A stretch of 39,124 bases of DNA. It comes from an uncultured bacterium (GTDB lineage: Bacteria; RBG-13-66-14; B26-G2; WVWN01). A program made the position numbers and the translations under genes. The stretch spans positions 17,858 through 56,981 of the forward strand of contig CAZWAM010000005.1 of assembly GCA_964631855.1 (NCBI GenBank). Reading direction: 5' to 3'. A model generated the notes under the pieces. The model ran no database searches and had not been told where the DNA came from. It saw only the letters and a list, made by a program, of their open reading frames with translations. Positions 15,963-25,502 of the stretch are shown in pieces; the first letter of the stretch is position 1, and every line of letters begins with the position of its first letter.

Positions 15963-17963
15963 ATGGCCTCGGCTAAGTTGAAAGATTACGGTCGCTTTAT
16001 GGGGCAGCTCGCCGGCGCGAGTATTGCCGCGGGCGTCCTCGCCGCCGCGGGCGAGCACATCCTCGGCGCGGCGTTGGGCCGGGGGCGGTTTTGGGGCGTA
16101 CCGCGGCATTTCTACCAGCTGTCGTTGGGCGTCGAGGCTCTGTGGTTGGCGGTTTTAGCCGTGGCCTTGTTCGGCGTCGCCGGCACCGCGTATTATTGGG
16201 GGATGAGGCGGAAAAGGCCGGTTCGGTTGGCGTCGCCGTCCCTCTTCGTCGTTACCGCCGCGGCCTGCGGCGTCGCGGCCTCCTATTTTTTGGCCACGGT
16301 CGACATCGTGGCCCTATACGCAAAGCCGAGGCTGGCCGCCGTCGCCGTTTGGGCGATATTCCTCGCTACGGTGGCGGCGTGGGTGGCGTTGGCCGTCGTC
16401 GCTTACAGGTTGATAAGTAGAATCCGGCCGCGCGCGGGCGTGCCGTCGGCGTTGAGCGTCGCGGTTCTGCGCGCGTTCACGTTGGCGTTGCTCCTTCCTT
16501 TCGTGGGGGCTGCGGTTTGGGGCGCGTGGCGCGCGCGGGCGCCGCGGCCCCGTAAACCGGATATTTATTTCGTCGTGATGGACGCCTTCCGCGCGGACCG
16601 GCTCGAGCCGTACGGCGCGGCGCGGCGCCTCGCCCCGGCCTTAGAGAATTTTGCGAAAGAAGGGGCGGTTTTTCGCGAAGCCTTCTCGGACTCGTCGTGG
16701 ACGAAGCCCTCCGTCGCCTCGGCCTTTACCTCTACTTCGCCCTCCACTCACGGCGTCAACGGCCTTTTTTCGGCCATACCCGGCGAGGCGGTTACGCTGG
16801 CCGAATACCTGCGCGGATACGGGTATCGGACGCTGGGCGTCTCGGCGAATCTTGAAGTCAGCCGCCAGGCGGGGATGGCCGCCGGCTTCGACATACTGGA
16901 CGGCACCACCCTCGGGCCCGTTCTCGACGCCGCCGGGCCCCCCACGTCCGCGGCGCGCTTCCTCGTGCGGTTTCCGACGGGGTCGTTGTGGCGCTCGAGC
17001 CGCGAAGGCTTATGCGTGAACAGAAGGCTCGCGTTCTGGATGCGGCTCGCGGGCGGGCCGCCCCGGTTCCTTTACATCCATTATATGGAACCCCATACGC
17101 CCAACCTTCCGCGCGCGGAGTACCTGGGCGAACTAAAACCTTTTTTGGATAAAGTCGACGAAAGGCGCGCCCGCGAAATCGAGCTCGGCAAGTACTTTTT
17201 CGCCGAGGTCGCGACGGACCCCGCCTTCGTCCCGGACTACAGCGACGACGAGCTGGGTCTGGCGCGAGCGCTGTACGACGCGGATATCCGCCGGATGGAC
17301 GTCGTGATAGCCGACCTGCTCGAGAACGTTATCCCCGCCTCGCGCCCGGACGCCGAGCCGATAATAATTATTACGGCCGACCACGGCGAGGAGTTTTTGG
17401 AACACGGCCGATGGCTCCACGGCGCAGGGTTTCACCGGGAGGTGGCGGAGATTCCTTTGATAATTAAGTTGCCCGGTTGCGCCCCGGCCGTGCTCGAGGG
17501 CCCGGTGAGTTTGGTCGACCTCGCGCCGACCGTCGCTTCGGCCGTCGGCCTTGCCGTCCCCGACGGGTGGGAGGGTTTGGACTTGACGGCCTACGCGGGG
17601 CGTGGGCAAAAGGTCCCTCGAAGGAACCTTCTTCTGGAGGGGATACAAGAATTGTCCGTCGAGGTCTCGGACCCGTCGCACCGCACCATCGAAATAAACG
17701 TATTGGTGGGTGGCGGCTGTTATTACGTCAAAGACGAGAACGCCGGGGGCGAGTACCTGTACGACCGGCGGCTGGACCCCTGGCAGGTGAACAACCTCGC
17801 CCGGGCCGGTGGGTCTCCGGGACTCGAGGCGGTCCTGGCGGAGCGGCGCGGCGAGCTCGGCCGTATGAAACGCGACGCCCGCGCGCGCGCCTTCGCCCCC
17901 GCCCGTGCTTACATCCCGCCGAGTTTGAAGAAGTCGTTGCGGGCCTTGGGTTATATTAACTGA
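15963..17963 (+). CDS. membrane-anchored sulfatase-like hydrolase/transferase (paralog 2)
   Basis: Same architecture; SWTKPSVASAFT, HYMEPH, TADHGEE, LRALGY. Confidence 0.88.
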   Translation: MASAKLKDYGRFMGQLAGASIAAGVLAAAGEHILGAALGRGRFWGVPRHFYQLSLGVEALWLAVLAVALFGVAGTAYYWGMRRKRPVRLASPSLFVVTAAACGVAASYFLATVDIVALYAKPRLAAVAVWAIFLATVAAWVALAVVAYRLISRIRPRAGVPSALSVAVLRAFTLALLLPFVGAAVWGAWRARAPRPRKPDIYFVVMDAFRADRLEPYGAARRLAPALENFAKEGAVFREAFSDSSWTKPSVASAFTSTSPSTHGVNGLFSAIPGEAVTLAEYLRGYGYRTLGVSANLEVSRQAGMAAGFDILDGTTLGPVLDAAGPPTSAARFLVRFPTGSLWRSSREGLCVNRRLAFWMRLAGGPPRFLYIHYMEPHTPNLPRAEYLGELKPFLDKVDERRAREIELGKYFFAEVATDPAFVPDYSDDELGLARALYDADIRRMDVVIADLLENVIPASRPDAEPIIIITADHGEEFLEHGRWLHGAGFHREVAEIPLIIKLPGCAPAVLEGPVSLVDLAPTVASAVGLAVPDGWEGLDLTAYAGRGQKVPRRNLLLEGIQELSVEVSDPSHRTIEINVLVGGGCYYVKDENAGGEYLYDRRLDPWQVNNLARAGGSPGLEAVLAERRGELGRMKRDARARAFAPARAYIPPSLKKSLRALGYIN

Positions 17964-18018
17964 ACGAGGGGAGTCAGGCGTTGCCGTGAGCGCGGCCCGT
18001 CTTCCGCGTCGCCGAGCC

Positions 18019-18046
18019 TTGACTTTTTTTATTTTTGGGTTATAAT
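18019..18046 (+). promoter_or_regulatory. valS promoter
   Basis: TTGACT, 16 bp, TATAAT. Confidence 0.75.
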
Positions 18047-18078
18047 AACGACGAAGCTGGTTTCAAAGTTTCGACGTT

Positions 18079-18141
18079 ATGATTGAAACGGCGAGCGTAG
18101 TCGTAGTAGTTGTAGACGGGGCGTCGGCCCGGCCTCGTTGA
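18079..18141 (+). CDS. valS attenuator leader peptide (20 aa, six tandem Val)
   Basis: ATG ATT GAA ACG GCG AGC GTA GTC GTA GTA GTT GTA GAC ... CGT TGA = MIETASVVVVVVDGASARPR*. Confidence 0.85.
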   Translation: MIETASVVVVVVDGASARPR

Positions 18142-18187
18142 GGTATACGCGTAGCGTTCAACCAGGCCGGCCTCAGCCGGCTTTTTT
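18129..18187 (+). promoter_or_regulatory. attenuator: mutually exclusive antiterminator and terminator
   Basis: 18129-18141 CCGGCCTcGTTGA pairs with 18158-18170 TCAACcAGGCCGG; terminator AGGCCGGC-CTCA-GCCGGCTT-TTTT at 18164-18187. Confidence 0.85.
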
Positions 18188-18265
18188 GTTGACCGCTAAG
18201 TCAACTGCGTCGGCGCCGGGAGTTTAACCAGGGCGGCCGTGAAGGCCGCGAACGAGGTGATGTTC

Positions 18266-20908
18266 GTGCCCAAGGAACTCGCCCCCCGTTACGACGCGAG
18301 CGAGCTCGAGGGGCGGTGGTACCGCGAGTGGGAGGCGGCGGGTATCTTCACCCCTCCGCCCGAGCCCAAGTCGCCGCGCGGGACCTTCGTCGTCGTCATC
18401 CCGCCGCCCAACGTTACGGGCTCCCTCCACATGGGCCACGCGCTCAACAACACCATCCAGGACATCTACGTCCGACAGCGGCGGATGGCGGGTTTCGATA
18501 CGCTCTGGCTGCCGGGGACGGACCACGCGTCGATCGCGACGCATACGGTCATCGAACGCGAACTCGCGGAACAGGGGCTGAGCCGCCGCGACCTCGGCCG
18601 CGAGGAGTTCCTACGGCGCGCCTGGGCCTGGAGGGAACAATACGGCGGGACCATCGTTCACCAATTGAAGAGGCTCGGCTGCAGCTGTGATTGGACGCGG
18701 CTCCGCTTCACGATGGACGCGATGCTCTCGCGCGCGGTGGTGGAGGCGTTCGTTCGCTACTGGGAAGACGGCCTGCTCTATCGCGGCCGCGGGATGGTCA
18801 ACTGGTGTCCCCGTTGCCGCACCGCCGTATCCGACCTCGAGGTGCGCCACGAGGAGACCGACGGGACCCTTTGGTATATTCGGTATCCGGGCGCGGGGGG
18901 CGGCGAGGGCGTCGTCGTTGCGACCACGCGGCCCGAGACGATGCTCGGCGACACCGCGGTGGCGGTTAACCCGAAGGACGAGCGTTATAAAAAACTGATT
19001 GGCGCTTCGGTCACGTTGCCGCTCGTGGGGCGCGAGATCCCCGTCATCGCCGACGACGCGGTCGACCCCTCGTTCGGGACCGGCGCCGTTAAGATTACCC
19101 CCGGCCACGACGCCGACGACTACGACGTGGCGCAACGCCACGGCCTACCTGCCGTCGTCGCGATCGACGAGGACGCCCGTATGACCGACGAGGTGCCGCC
19201 GAAATATCGCGGCCTGACGCGCGAGGAATGCCGGCAAGCCGTTCTCAAGGACCTCCAGCTCGAGGGACTGCTCGAGACGACGAGACCCTACAAGGTACCG
19301 TTGGCGATATGCGACCGCTGCAAGACCGTGGTCGAGCCGTACCTTTCGCTGCAGTGGTTCGTAAAGCAGGCCGAGCTCGCGCGGCCGGCGCGCGACGCCG
19401 TGGCCCGCGGCGACGTCGAGTTCGTCCCGGAACGTTGGGTCAAGGTCTATTACGATTGGATGGACAACGTCCACGATTGGTGCGTCTCCCGCCAGCTCTG
19501 GTGGGGACACCGCATCCCGGCTTGGTATTGCGGCGAGTGTGAAGAGGTCGTAGTCGCGCGCGAGGCGCCGACGCGTTGCCGCTGCGGCTCGGCGACGCTG
19601 CGTCAGGACGAGGACGTCCTCGACACTTGGTTCAGCTCGGCGCTCTGGCCTTTCTCGACTATGGGGTGGCCGGACGACACGGCCGACATGAAGCATTACT
19701 ATCCTACGGACCTGCTGTGCACCGCCGCGGACATTATCTTCCTGTGGGTGGCGCGGATGATCTTCTCCGCCCTGTATTTCACCGGGCGGGTCCCTTTCCG
19801 CACCGTTTATTTCCACCCCATGATCCAGACGGTCGAGGGCAAGCGCATGTCGAAATCGTTAGGTACGGGCGTGGACCCGCTCTACCTCATCGACCGCAAC
19901 GGCGCCGACGCCGCCCGCTTCACGTTGACCGCCCTCTGCACCCAGTCGCAATCCTTCCGCCTGTGGGAGGAGCGGTTCGAGCTCGGCCGCAACCTCACGA
20001 ATAAGATCTGGAACGCGGCCCGGTTTCTATTGCCCCATATAGAGCGGTCGGGGGAGGGCGAGCTTCCGACGCGGGAGGATTTGGAATTGGTCGACCGTTG
20101 GGTCCTGTCCAAGCTGGAGCGCGCCCGCGCCGAAGCGCAGCAAGAGTTCGACGAGCTGAGGTTCAACGACTACGCGCACACCCTCTACCAATTTTTCTGG
20201 GGCGAATATTGCGACTGGTACCTGGAGGCCATAAAGCCCCGTCTTTACGACAAAGCGCCGGGGGGCGACGCCGCGGCGCGCGTAGCCCGCCACGTGTTCG
20301 ACGTCTTGCTCCGCCTCTTCCACCCGATAATGCCCTTCGTGACCGACGAGCTATATCGTATGTTTGCGCCCGGCCGTGGGTTCTGCGCCCAGGCCCCCTG
20401 GCCGGCCGGAGAAGCGGCCTGGGTGGACGACGCCTCGGTGGCCCGCGTCGAGCGATTGTTCGATATTATCCGCGCCGTACGCAACATCCGCGCCGAGATG
20501 AACGTCCCGCTCGCGAGCACGGTAGACGTTATGCTCGCCTCGGAGGAGGCGGGCGCGGTCTCCCGCGCGGCCGAGGAGTTAACGCCCTTTTTCGGCCTGG
20601 CGCGAATATCGAGCGCGTCGCCGCTGGCCGCGAAAAAGCGGCCGGCCCACGCCGCGGCCGCGGTCGTCGGCGATATGACCGCCTTCGTCCCGCTCGAGGG
20701 CGTGATCGATTTCGACGTCGAGATGAAGCGGCTCAGCCGCGCCAAGGAGAAATTGGAGGGCGACATCGCGACCCTCGGCCGCAAGTTGAGCGACGAGAAC
20801 TTCGTCAAGAAGGCGCCGGCGGACATCGTCGCCGCGGACGCGGAGCGCCTCGAGTCGCTCAAAGCGACGTTGGCTCGCCTCGAGGAGAACCTGAAGGCGC
20901 TTCAGTAA
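18266..20908 (+). CDS. valS: valine--tRNA ligase
   Basis: PPPNVTGSLHMGH, ATTRPET, DWCVSRQLWWGHRIP, DTWFSS, RMSKS, C-terminal coiled coil; GAGGTG SD favours GTG18266 (alternatives 18239, 18260). Confidence 0.97.
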   Translation: MPKELAPRYDASELEGRWYREWEAAGIFTPPPEPKSPRGTFVVVIPPPNVTGSLHMGHALNNTIQDIYVRQRRMAGFDTLWLPGTDHASIATHTVIERELAEQGLSRRDLGREEFLRRAWAWREQYGGTIVHQLKRLGCSCDWTRLRFTMDAMLSRAVVEAFVRYWEDGLLYRGRGMVNWCPRCRTAVSDLEVRHEETDGTLWYIRYPGAGGGEGVVVATTRPETMLGDTAVAVNPKDERYKKLIGASVTLPLVGREIPVIADDAVDPSFGTGAVKITPGHDADDYDVAQRHGLPAVVAIDEDARMTDEVPPKYRGLTREECRQAVLKDLQLEGLLETTRPYKVPLAICDRCKTVVEPYLSLQWFVKQAELARPARDAVARGDVEFVPERWVKVYYDWMDNVHDWCVSRQLWWGHRIPAWYCGECEEVVVAREAPTRCRCGSATLRQDEDVLDTWFSSALWPFSTMGWPDDTADMKHYYPTDLLCTAADIIFLWVARMIFSALYFTGRVPFRTVYFHPMIQTVEGKRMSKSLGTGVDPLYLIDRNGADAARFTLTALCTQSQSFRLWEERFELGRNLTNKIWNAARFLLPHIERSGEGELPTREDLELVDRWVLSKLERARAEAQQEFDELRFNDYAHTLYQFFWGEYCDWYLEAIKPRLYDKAPGGDAAARVARHVFDVLLRLFHPIMPFVTDELYRMFAPGRGFCAQAPWPAGEAAWVDDASVARVERLFDIIRAVRNIRAEMNVPLASTVDVMLASEEAGAVSRAAEELTPFFGLARISSASPLAAKKRPAHAAAAVVGDMTAFVPLEGVIDFDVEMKRLSRAKEKLEGDIATLGRKLSDENFVKKAPADIVAADAERLESLKATLARLEENLKALQ

Positions 20909-20925
20909 TCACGTTTCCTTTCTGC

Positions 20926-20954
20926 TTGACGCGTTCGCCCGTCCCTTTTATAAT
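20926..20954 (+). promoter_or_regulatory. sigma70 promoter
   Basis: TTGACG, 17 bp, TATAAT. Confidence 0.75.
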
Positions 20955-20980
20955 GGCGACGGCGGAACGTATTAAACCGT

Positions 20981-21412
20981 ATGGACGGAGACGACGAACT
21001 TCGCCGAGGTCGCGGTTGTCTCTTTGTTGCGATCGCCGTGGCGGGTGTGGTCGCGGCCTCGGTCGTGGTGACCCTCCTCTGGGTCAACCGGGCCGCGAAC
21101 GACCCGGCGAGTCGCGGGTATCGGTTGTTGCAAGTTGTCCGCGGCGAGAAGCCCGCGGAGGAGTGGGTTACGGAAGTAATTGTAGGCCGCCTCGCCAAGA
21201 AAGCCGACCTCCCGCCCGACGAGGTAGCCGCGCTGGAGCGCGAGCTGGGGCCGATCTCGAGAGACTTGCCCCGGCTATCGGAGGGCGAGAAGCACAAGCT
21301 CGCCACGCTCGTACGTACGTCGATCGCGGACGGCCGACTGACGGACGAAGAAATTGCGGCTATCCGCGAGTACAGCTATCGGTCCGCGCGCGATGGCAAC
21401 GCCAAACCTTAG
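20981..21412 (+). CDS. single-TM hypothetical protein
   Basis: RRGRGC plus hydrophobic TM and a helical soluble domain. Confidence 0.7.
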   Translation: MDGDDELRRGRGCLFVAIAVAGVVAASVVVTLLWVNRAANDPASRGYRLLQVVRGEKPAEEWVTEVIVGRLAKKADLPPDEVAALERELGPISRDLPRLSEGEKHKLATLVRTSIADGRLTDEEIAAIREYSYRSARDGNAKP

Positions 21413-22205
21413 GTTACCGATCGTAGCGGGGCAATTCTATCCCGCCGCCGACGCGTCGCTTAGGCGCGAATTGGCGACGTACGTCGTCGCCGCGGAAAGA
21501 GAGCGATATTTGGGGGGCCTGTGCCCGCACGCCGGGTATATGTATTCCGGGCCGACGGCCGGCGAGTTGTTCGCCCGCCTCGAGGTCCCGGGCGTCGTCG
21601 TACTCTTGGGACCGAAACACCACCCGGCGGGCGCCGAGTTTGCGGTTTGGCCCCGCGGCGCCTGGCGAACGCCGTTGGGCGACGCGCGAGTCAACGACGA
21701 GGTCGCCGCGGCGTTGTTAAAAAAATGCGCACCGTTGGAGGCCGACGAGCAGGCCCATCGCCCCGAACACTCCCTCGAGGTGATCGTCCCCTTTATACAA
21801 TTCGTTAATCCCGAGGCGGCAATCGTCCCCGTCGCGCTGGGGCCGATGCCGTTGGCGGCCGTTCGCGAGACGGGCGAGGGCGTAGCGGCCGCGCTCGAGC
21901 CCTACCGGGATGGCGTAGTCGTCGTGGTCTCGAGCGACATGACCCATTACGAGGCCGCGGCCTCGGCCGAGCGCAAGGACGCCTTGGCCATAGAACGCCT
22001 GAAGGCGCTTGACGCCGAGGGGCTGCTGGAAGTCGTCGGTGCGCACGACATATCGATGTGCGGCGTTTGGCCCGCGGCCGTGGCGCTGACGGCGTTCCGT
22101 GCCATGGGCGCTACGGCGGGTAAGCTCATCCGTTACGCTAATTCGGGCGAAGCCTCCGGCGACTACGACCACGTCGTCGGTTACGCGGCCCTGTCTTTCG
22201 CCTGA
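21393..22205 (+). CDS. amrB: AmmeMemoRadiSam system protein B (MEMO1 family)
   Basis: VAGQFYP, PHAGYMYSG, GPKH, EHSLEV, SSDMTHY, MCG, VVGYA. Confidence 0.92.
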   Translation: MATPNLRLPIVAGQFYPAADASLRRELATYVVAAERERYLGGLCPHAGYMYSGPTAGELFARLEVPGVVVLLGPKHHPAGAEFAVWPRGAWRTPLGDARVNDEVAAALLKKCAPLEADEQAHRPEHSLEVIVPFIQFVNPEAAIVPVALGPMPLAAVRETGEGVAAALEPYRDGVVVVVSSDMTHYEAAASAERKDALAIERLKALDAEGLLEVVGAHDISMCGVWPAAVALTAFRAMGATAGKLIRYANSGEASGDYDHVVGYAALSFA

Positions 22206-22216
22206 GAGGTCGAATT

Positions 22217-22624
22217 ATGTCAGCTTGGAGAGTGGAGAAGATAGCGCTGCCGATAATCGTCGCGGCGTCGATCCTCATTTTGGTTCTCGGAGCACTCAAA
22301 GAGACCGAGGAGCAAAACTTCGAGAAGCGCCTCGCGAAATGGCGCGAGGTGCTCCCCGCCGATGTCCGCGCCCAGTTCGACGCGGGCGAGGACGCCGCTT
22401 GCGCTAAAATGATTAAAGAACGGCTCGAGGGCGACGCCGCCTTCAAGAAACGTTACGAGGCCTTGCAGGACGAGGAATTGACGCCGGTCTTCTCGCCCGA
22501 AGACATGGTGGATTATTATCGGGTGCACTTCGTCGGCCGCCTGGCCGAGATACGCGAAGAAAAACAGAAGAGCTTCTGGTATCGCCTCTTTCACGGCTCG
22601 GAGAAGAGCGGGCCCGCCAATTGA
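22217..22624 (+). CDS. single-TM hypothetical protein
   Basis: GAGAGG SD, N-terminal TM, coding-like GC3. Confidence 0.7.
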   Translation: MSAWRVEKIALPIIVAASILILVLGALKETEEQNFEKRLAKWREVLPADVRAQFDAGEDAACAKMIKERLEGDAAFKKRYEALQDEELTPVFSPEDMVDYYRVHFVGRLAEIREEKQKSFWYRLFHGSEKSGPAN

Positions 22625-22713
22625 GTAAGGTATCCGGGCGCGTTTATTTTAGTTTTCCGGCACGGTAGTGATTATGCCGTGCCTTTAACGCAGCCGCAGT
22701 CGAATGGGTTGTC

Positions 22714-23865
22714 GTGGTTGCCCGGCCCAAAATTCTGATGGTCCACAATTATTCTTCGTGGGGCGGCAACCTCGCGACGGTGTTGACGCTCTGCCGTGGT
22801 TTGCCGTCGCGCGGTTTTGCGGTCGCGCTCGCGGCGCCGCGCAGCGAGGCGTACGTGGCGCGATTCGAAAGGGCGGGTGTCCCTACGTTCGACGTAGAGA
22901 TTAAAAGCAAGTACCAACTGGCGGCCTGCCGCCGTTACGCCGGCCTCGTGAAGAAGGAGGGGTTCGATATCGCGCATACCCATACGCGGCGGGCCGATTT
23001 CGTCGCGGGGCTGGGGGGCCGGTTGGGGGGCGCCGTGACCGTGTCCACTCAGCACGGCCAAATCAACCTCGAGCGGCAGACGCTGAAGGAGAAGCGCGAC
23101 CTTTCGGCGCTGTTTTACTGTTTCTGCCTGAGGAGTTTTTTCGACAAGCACGTCGCGGTCTCGGCCGAGATCGCGGGCGAGCTACGGACGAGGTGTCGCG
23201 TACGCGCGGCCAAGGTTACCCATATACCGAACGGCCTCGAGGCGGCACCCTTCGTCGCCGCCCCGGGCGACCGCCTGTCTTTCCGCTACGAGGTCGGCGC
23301 GCGGCGTTGGGCCGTGGTCGCTACGGTGGTGGCCTCGCTCGACGCTAAAGGGCACGGCGACGTCTTGAGGGCGGCGGCTGAGGTCATATCCGGCGGCGTC
23401 GACCAGCACGTCGTCATCGTCGGCGAGGGGCACTGGGGCGGGCCCATAATCAGTAAAGCGGCCGCGGAGCTGGGCATTGCTGAGCGGGTCCACCTCCTTG
23501 GCTTCCGGGATGACATCCCGAGGATACTGGCGGGTTCGGATATATTCGTATTGCCGACGCCCTCGGAAGGTTTATCTATCGCCATTATGGAGGCTATGGC
23601 CGCGGCCTTGCCCGTCGTCGCGACGGCCGTGGGCGGTAACCCGGAGTTGGTCGAGCCGGGAAGAACGGGTTACCTAGTGCCGGCGGGCGACGCCAGCGCT
23701 CTGGCCGAGGCCATGCGGAAACTCGCGAAGGACCCGGCGAGACGCCGGGCCATGGGGCGCGCGGGGCGGTCGCGCGTTACGCTCGAGTTTACGGTCGATA
23801 AAATGGTGGACCGCTACGCCCAGTTGTACGAAGAGCTCTTGCAGACGAAAGGGGCGAAGGCGTGA
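22714..23865 (+). CDS. glycosyltransferase family 4
   Basis: GFRDDI, EGLSIAIME (EX7E), PVVATAVGGNPE. Confidence 0.92.
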   Translation: MVARPKILMVHNYSSWGGNLATVLTLCRGLPSRGFAVALAAPRSEAYVARFERAGVPTFDVEIKSKYQLAACRRYAGLVKKEGFDIAHTHTRRADFVAGLGGRLGGAVTVSTQHGQINLERQTLKEKRDLSALFYCFCLRSFFDKHVAVSAEIAGELRTRCRVRAAKVTHIPNGLEAAPFVAAPGDRLSFRYEVGARRWAVVATVVASLDAKGHGDVLRAAAEVISGGVDQHVVIVGEGHWGGPIISKAAAELGIAERVHLLGFRDDIPRILAGSDIFVLPTPSEGLSIAIMEAMAAALPVVATAVGGNPELVEPGRTGYLVPAGDASALAEAMRKLAKDPARRRAMGRAGRSRVTLEFTVDKMVDRYAQLYEELLQTKGAKA

Positions 23866-24869
23866 CCGGAGGCCCGGAGGCCAAGGTGGCCGTCGTCGGC
23901 GTAGGCCCCTGGGGTTTTAATCATCTTGGGAAACTCGCCGCGCTCCTGGGGCCCGAGCGCGTAGGCTTCTACGAGCCGGACGCGGAAAGGGCCCGCGCGG
24001 CCAAGGAGCGTTATCCAAAAGCCACCGCGTTGGGTACCTGGGAGGAATTCCTCGAGAGCGATTACGGGGCCGCGGTACTAGCCGCGCCCGCCGCGCGCCA
24101 CGCCGAGCTGGCGCTCCAGGCCTTGGGCGCGGGCAAGGATTTATTGGTGGAGAAGCCGCTCGCGCTTGGGCCCGCGGAAGCCGCGACCGTCGTGCGCTTG
24201 GCCAAAGAAAAAGAGGCCGTTCTTATGGTCGGCCACATTTTGCTCTTCGACCCGGCGTTCGAGGCGTTGAAGGAAGTGGTGGCCGCGGGCGAGCTGGGCG
24301 AGGTGAAATATATAACCGCGGCGCGGGCTAAGCTGGGCACGGTCCGCCTCGAGGAAGACGTTATGTTCAGCCTGGCGGCGCACGACGTGGCGTTGGCGAC
24401 GTGGCTTTTGGAAGGCGGACCGTCGTCGGCTTCGGCGGTGACGGTGGACGCTCGCGGTACCGGCGTCGCGGACGCGGCTTTCTTGAACCTCTCCTTCCAG
24501 GGGGGCGTCACGGCCCACGTGTGGGCGTCGTGGTTGTACCCGCTCGAGACGCGGCGGTTCGTCGCGGTGGGCGACGAGGCGATGGCCGCGGTAATTCAAG
24601 AGGAAAAGGGGCGGGGCGGCCTTACGGTTTACCGGAAGGGTGCGCGGCCGGGCGAAGCTGGCGCCGAGGTCTACGACGACGGCTCGAGGGTCGTTCAGGT
24701 CCCGGACGTCGACTTGTTGGAAGCGGAGCTCGAGCACTTCCTGGCTTGCCTCGAGACGAGGGCGACGCCGCGCGCCGACGGCCGGCAAGGGCTCGCCGTG
24801 GTTAAGGCTTTGGCCGCGGCACAGAAGTCCGCCCGGGCCTCGGGCGCGCCGGTCCGAATTGAAGGCTAG
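23862..24869 (+). CDS. Gfo/Idh/MocA oxidoreductase (WbpB/WlbA-like)
   Basis: VVGVGPWG, EKPLA, VGH, AHD; gene context. Confidence 0.85.
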   Translation: MTGGPEAKVAVVGVGPWGFNHLGKLAALLGPERVGFYEPDAERARAAKERYPKATALGTWEEFLESDYGAAVLAAPAARHAELALQALGAGKDLLVEKPLALGPAEAATVVRLAKEKEAVLMVGHILLFDPAFEALKEVVAAGELGEVKYITAARAKLGTVRLEEDVMFSLAAHDVALATWLLEGGPSSASAVTVDARGTGVADAAFLNLSFQGGVTAHVWASWLYPLETRRFVAVGDEAMAAVIQEEKGRGGLTVYRKGARPGEAGAEVYDDGSRVVQVPDVDLLEAELEHFLACLETRATPRADGRQGLAVVKALAAAQKSARASGAPVRIEG

Positions 24870-24896
24870 CGCCGGCGGCGCCGGCCTAATTTAAAT

Positions 24897-25490
24897 ATGG
24901 AAATAAAAGGCGATTATTTCATACACCCCACGGCCGTCGTCGACGAGGGCGCCTCGGTAGGCGCGGGCACGAAGATATGGCACTTCTGCCACGTGATGGC
25001 CTCCGCGGCGATAGGGGAGCGCTGCGTCCTGGGCCAGAACGTCTTCGTAGGCGCGAACGTCACGATAGGCGACAACGTCCACATCCAGAACAACGTCAGC
25101 GTTTACGAGGGCGTGACGTTGGAGGACGACGTCTTCTGCGGGCCCTCGATGGTCTTCACGAACGTGCGCGACCCGCGGTCGGCGTTTCCGCGGGGCTCGA
25201 GCGCCGAGTACGAGAAAACGCTCGTGCGGCAGGGCGCGTCCCTCGGCGCCAACTGCACGATATTGTGCGGCGTGACCGTGGGCGAGCAGGCCTTCGTCGC
25301 CTCAGGCGCGGTCGTAACGCGGGACGTGCCGGCGTACGCGCTCGTGGGCGGCATACCGGCGCGCCTCTTGGGGTACGTATGCGCGTGCGGCGAACGGCTC
25401 GGCATGCTGGTGCCGGGGGACCGTAGGCGGTGCGGCCGCTGCGGCCGGGAGTACGCGTACGACCCCCGTGGCTTACAGGCCGCACCTTAA
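24897..25490 (+). CDS. wbpD: hexapeptide N-acetyltransferase (WbpD/WlbB-like)
   Basis: IHPTAVVD, IWHFCH, QNNVSVY, GPSMVFTN..PRS; C-terminal CxCG...CxxC. Confidence 0.88.
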   Translation: MEIKGDYFIHPTAVVDEGASVGAGTKIWHFCHVMASAAIGERCVLGQNVFVGANVTIGDNVHIQNNVSVYEGVTLEDDVFCGPSMVFTNVRDPRSAFPRGSSAEYEKTLVRQGASLGANCTILCGVTVGEQAFVASGAVVTRDVPAYALVGGIPARLLGYVCACGERLGMLVPGDRRRCGRCGREYAYDPRGLQAAP

Positions 25491-25502
25491 GGGTTTAATC
25501 CC

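Noticed and set aside
18050-18190. T-box riboswitch upstream of valS
   Set aside because: No recognisable GGTGGNACCRCG T-box or Stem I; the leader-peptide model explains the region
20098-21426. 442-aa ORF and many similar Arg/Gly/Pro-rich ORFs
   Set aside because: Off-frame or antisense shadows of real genes in high-GC DNA
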